Source: Kiritimatiellia bacterium (lineage in GTDB: Bacteria; Verrucomicrobiota; Kiritimatiellia; RFP12; UBA1067). Taken from it: DNA of 64,000 bases. The stretch covers positions 3,330-67,329 of the forward strand of contig JAZLJP010000054.1 of the NCBI GenBank assembly GCA_045617985.1. Direction: 5' to 3'. Numbering within the stretch: position 1 is the stretch's first letter; each line of letters begins with the position of its first letter. This document shows positions 61,243-64,000 of this stretch, one piece after another. The notes under the pieces were generated by a model. It was not told the origin of the DNA, searched no databases, and saw only the letters and a list, made by a program, of their open reading frames with translations. The position numbers and the translations under genes are program-made.

Positions 61243-64000
61243 ATGAAAAACGTGTTGATGATCGGCGCAGCCCTCATGGGTGTGTGCGCCTTCGGTGGGG
61301 GAACGAATCTGAATCCCTTTGTTGTGCATCGGTGGGGCTTTTCTTCGGAGGCTCCGCTCGTCGATTCCGTTGGCGGAAAGACGGCAACCAAGAACGGTTC
61401 GGTTACCTTTTCCGACAACGTGGCGACGCTTCCCGGCGGTAACAAGGGGACAGGTTGGGTCGGCCTGGGTTCAGACGTTTTGCCGAAAGACGGTTCGCCC
61501 GTGACGATTGAAATCTGGGCGCGTCAGAACGCCGTTAAGAACTGGGCCCGTGTTTTCGACATTAATGGCGGCAATGACCAGAACGACTTCTACGTGTCTT
61601 GGTCGAATGGAGCAAATTATAACGGCGACCAGATCGAATTGAAGACGGCCAAAACGGTGCGGTGGCAGATTACGAATAACTTCGGCCCCTACGCCCTCGG
61701 TACGGAATACCTGATCGTGGCGACGCTGGAGCCGAATTTCGAGGGGTCGGGGAATACCCGCTACACGTTCCGGCAGATAGAGCCGGCGACGGGGACGATC
61801 CTGAAAACGGCCTACAGGGACATTGCCGATTCCATGGGCTCGCCCGCCAAAATCGCTCAGACGCAGTTCTGGCTGGGGCATTCGATTTATAACGATAACG
61901 ATGCGGCAGCCTCCTACAATGAAGTGCGCGTCCTTAAAACGGCGCTTTCGCCCGAGCAGCTCATGGCCGATGCGGTGTGCGGCCCGGACGCCTGGCCCTA
62001 CGTTGCGATGGTGGGCGATCTCAACTATGGCGCCGCAGGCCCCGCCTGCGCGGCGGCGACGGAAGGGACGACGATGACGGTCATCGGCGACGCGCGGGGG
62101 CAGACGATCCCGCTCGGGACCGTTGTCGCCGGTGCGCTCGTCTTCAACGCGAATTCGAAACTCTACGTCGATCTCACGGGGCTAGAGTCGGCCACGACGA
62201 CCGTTCTCACGGCGGTGGGCGGCATCACGCTCCCGAACGGTGCCGACATCGCCGATTACGTGCGCTTTCCCGATGAATGGTACAACTCGGGTTTCGTTTC
62301 GGTGGCACTTGTGGAAAACAACACGCAGGTTCAGGTGACCTTCGATCTCGACGTGCCGGTGACGGCGGAATGGACGGGGGATGGCGATCGTGTCTCCTTG
62401 ACCGATCCGGCGAACTGGGTTTGCCGCAATGCGGCTGGAGGCGTGCTTGCGAATCGTCTGCCCACGCCCACGCAGACGCGGGCTATTTTCAAGGGAAATC
62501 TGTCCCTCTCGATGACGGAGGCGCAGAATTGGCAGACGACGCATTTGGAAAGCGTGAAGCTCACGGGCAACTGCGACTGGTCGGCCCTCGATCTCATGTC
62601 GATCCTCGCAGATGGTGCTGTTGATTTGAATGGCTACTCGCTTAAGCTGTCGGCGCCCGGGAGCATCATCAGTGCGATTCCGTTTACGTTCACGGATACG
62701 CTCGGGTCGGGTGAGCTCCATTTCTTCGTGGGCGAGGGAACATCGTTTCTGTGGAGGAAGGCTGCGCTGACGGGGAATGTGAAACTCGTGAAGGAAGGCC
62801 CCGGCATCCTTGAAGTCGGTTCGGTTGCCGATACTTGCGCGATGGATGTGCGCGCGGGCATGGTCAACGGCGTTCCTGCGTCCGCGTTCGATGCCGGCGC
62901 GTTCCTTGTGCACCGCTGGAGCTTCAATGGCGACTTGACCGATTCTGTCGGCGGACAGACGGCCACTAAGGGTGGGTCGGTCACCTTTGCCGACAACATG
63001 GCGACGCTGCCCGGGGGCAACACGGGGGCTGGATGGATCGCCTTAGGTGCAGACGTTCTGCCGAAAGACGGCTCGCCCGTGACGATCGAAGTCTGGGCGC
63101 GCCAGAACGCCGTCAAGAACTGGGCCCGCATCTTCGACATCCATGGCGGCAATACCCAGAACGACTTCTACGTGTCCTGGTCGAATGGTTGGACCTTGAA
63201 CGGCGACCAGATTGAATTGAAGACGGGCAATACGGTGCGGTGGCAGATCACGAATAACTTCGGCCCCTACGCCCTGGGCACGGAATACCTGATCGTGGCG
63301 ACGCTGGAGCCGAATTTCGAGGGGTCGGGCAATACCCGCTACACCTTCCGGAAGGTGGAGCCTGCGACGGGGACGATTCTGAAAACGGCCTACAAGGACA
63401 TCGCCGATTCCATGGGCTCGCCCGCCAAAATCAGCCAGTCGCAGTTCTGGCTCGGGCATTCGATCTACGGCAACCTCGGCGACAATGACGCGGCGGCCAC
63501 CTACAACGAGGTGCGCGTGTGGAAAGCGGCGCTGACGGTGGAACAGCTCTTGGCGCAGGCGCGTTACGGTGCCGACCAGGTGAACTTCCAAACGGCAGCG
63601 GTGTTGAACGGACGCGGCTACTTCACGTTGGACGAGGCCTTCGCGGCGGCCTCGTCGGGCAACACGATCACCGTTCGTGCCTCCGAGGATGCGCACCCTG
63701 TCACGATCTACAAGACAACGCCCGGGGCGTTGACGTTTGAAAGCGGGGCGAAGATCTTCATCGACCTTGCGGAATACTCCGACGAAGTCGTCCTCGCGGC
63801 GGCGGGCGGCATTGCGCTCCCGAATGGGGCATCCATTTCCGACGTGGTCGAGTTCTCCGATCCGGCGTTTGCGCCGCAGCTCTCCGACGACGGCAAGCGC
63901 ATCCTTGCGGTGAGCCTCACGATTCCCGTGACGGCGACGTGGCTTGGCGAGGGCGAGACGCTGGCCGTGACCAATCCCGCGAACTGGCGCTGCCGGAATG
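61243..64000 (+). CDS. giant LamG-repeat surface protein, 3'-partial (runs off window)
   Basis: This ORF is absent from the supplied track because no stop occurs before base 64000. My own translation from the ATG at 61243 gives MKNVLMIGAALMGVCAFGG (signal) and two LamG modules (VVHRWGFSSE...YNEVRVLKTAL and LVHRWSFNGDLTDSVGG...YNEVRVWKAAL). It also gives a PATR-like VKLVKEGPGILEVG and repeated ...PVTA.W.G.GD....NPANW.CRN junctions. Confidence 0.8.
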   Translation, partial: MKNVLMIGAALMGVCAFGGGTNLNPFVVHRWGFSSEAPLVDSVGGKTATKNGSVTFSDNVATLPGGNKGTGWVGLGSDVLPKDGSPVTIEIWARQNAVKNWARVFDINGGNDQNDFYVSWSNGANYNGDQIELKTAKTVRWQITNNFGPYALGTEYLIVATLEPNFEGSGNTRYTFRQIEPATGTILKTAYRDIADSMGSPAKIAQTQFWLGHSIYNDNDAAASYNEVRVLKTALSPEQLMADAVCGPDAWPYVAMVGDLNYGAAGPACAAATEGTTMTVIGDARGQTIPLGTVVAGALVFNANSKLYVDLTGLESATTTVLTAVGGITLPNGADIADYVRFPDEWYNSGFVSVALVENNTQVQVTFDLDVPVTAEWTGDGDRVSLTDPANWVCRNAAGGVLANRLPTPTQTRAIFKGNLSLSMTEAQNWQTTHLESVKLTGNCDWSALDLMSILADGAVDLNGYSLKLSAPGSIISAIPFTFTDTLGSGELHFFVGEGTSFLWRKAALTGNVKLVKEGPGILEVGSVADTCAMDVRAGMVNGVPASAFDAGAFLVHRWSFNGDLTDSVGGQTATKGGSVTFADNMATLPGGNTGAGWIALGADVLPKDGSPVTIEVWARQNAVKNWARIFDIHGGNTQNDFYVSWSNGWTLNGDQIELKTGNTVRWQITNNFGPYALGTEYLIVATLEPNFEGSGNTRYTFRKVEPATGTILKTAYKDIADSMGSPAKISQSQFWLGHSIYGNLGDNDAAATYNEVRVWKAALTVEQLLAQARYGADQVNFQTAAVLNGRGYFTLDEAFAAASSGNTITVRASEDAHPVTIYKTTPGALTFESGAKIFIDLAEYSDEVVLAAAGGIALPNGASISDVVEFSDPAFAPQLSDDGKRILAVSLTIPVTATWLGEGETLAVTNPANWRCRN
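61324..61962 (+). repeat. intragenic LamG module, copy 1
   Basis: Colinear with 62908-63549 at an offset of 1584 nt. By eye 85-90% nt identity, including a perfect 50-nt block (61702-61751 = 63280-63329). Confidence 0.9.
62908..63549 (+). repeat. intragenic LamG module, copy 2
   Basis: See copy 1. Net 3 nt longer (gains in the SIYGNLGDND segment, losses near HRWSFNGD). Confidence 0.9.

Noticed and set aside
61324-63549. A diversity-generating retroelement (template/variable repeat pair) as the explanation for the duplicated LamG segment.
   Set aside because: The differences are mainly T/C and A/G synonymous changes rather than adenine-specific substitutions. Both copies are in frame in the same gene. 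No reverse transcriptase or accessory gene is present in the window.

Overview
High-GC (about 60-65% by eye), gene-dense 64-kb chromosomal window. I call 39 intact CDS, 1 pseudogene and 2 tRNAs. All CDS are on the + strand except one ECF sigma factor; both tRNAs are on the - strand. I found no rRNA, CRISPR array, transposase, integrase or phage genes. The content looks like a PVC-superphylum glycan degrader (Lentisphaerae, Kiritimatiellia or Verrucomicrobia-like). That assignment is an inference from autotransporter-associated beta-strand repeats, 'VHRWSFNG'-type LamG modules and CAZyme density.

Layout:
(i) 1-3.9 kb: GH51 arabinofuranosidase, riboflavin synthase and a hypothetical protein.
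(ii) 4.1-12.1 kb: a translationally coupled six-gene operon encoding an orphan TadC-like platform protein, an FHA protein, a PEGA protein, TlyA, a CPA2 antiporter with RCK_C, and a Ser/Thr kinase with Sel1 repeats. Its 3' end overlaps a convergent ECF sigma factor that has no adjacent anti-sigma gene.
(iii) 12.7-15.0 kb: housekeeping genes proC and a two-subunit class I fumarase.
(iv) 15.4-40.2 kb: CAZyme operons (two GH116, a tandem GH43, a GH109-like protein, a beta-helix protein, GH2 and two unknown exported proteins). These surround a wecB / bi-domain oxidoreductase / GT4 / heparinase-like cassette that is coupled to ruvA.
(v) 40.2-44.7 kb: pyrH, truA, an outer-membrane barrel candidate, GT25 and a decayed GT2.
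(vi) 44.8-64 kb: GH92 with a discoidin domain, a 1590-aa modular surface protein, a GH28-like protein, a CotH-like protein, an FG-GAP propeller fused to GH36, and a second giant LamG protein that runs off the window.

Two candidates deserve follow-up as undescribed systems. One is the TadC/FHA/PEGA...STK operon together with the ECF sigma factor. The other is the accessory block bracketed by the two paralogous giant proteins. A recurring TTGnCn-N17/18-TGnTAnAAT promoter architecture allows an operon map and points to two leaderless genes. All calls come from reading the sequence and ORF translations by eye. No database search was run.
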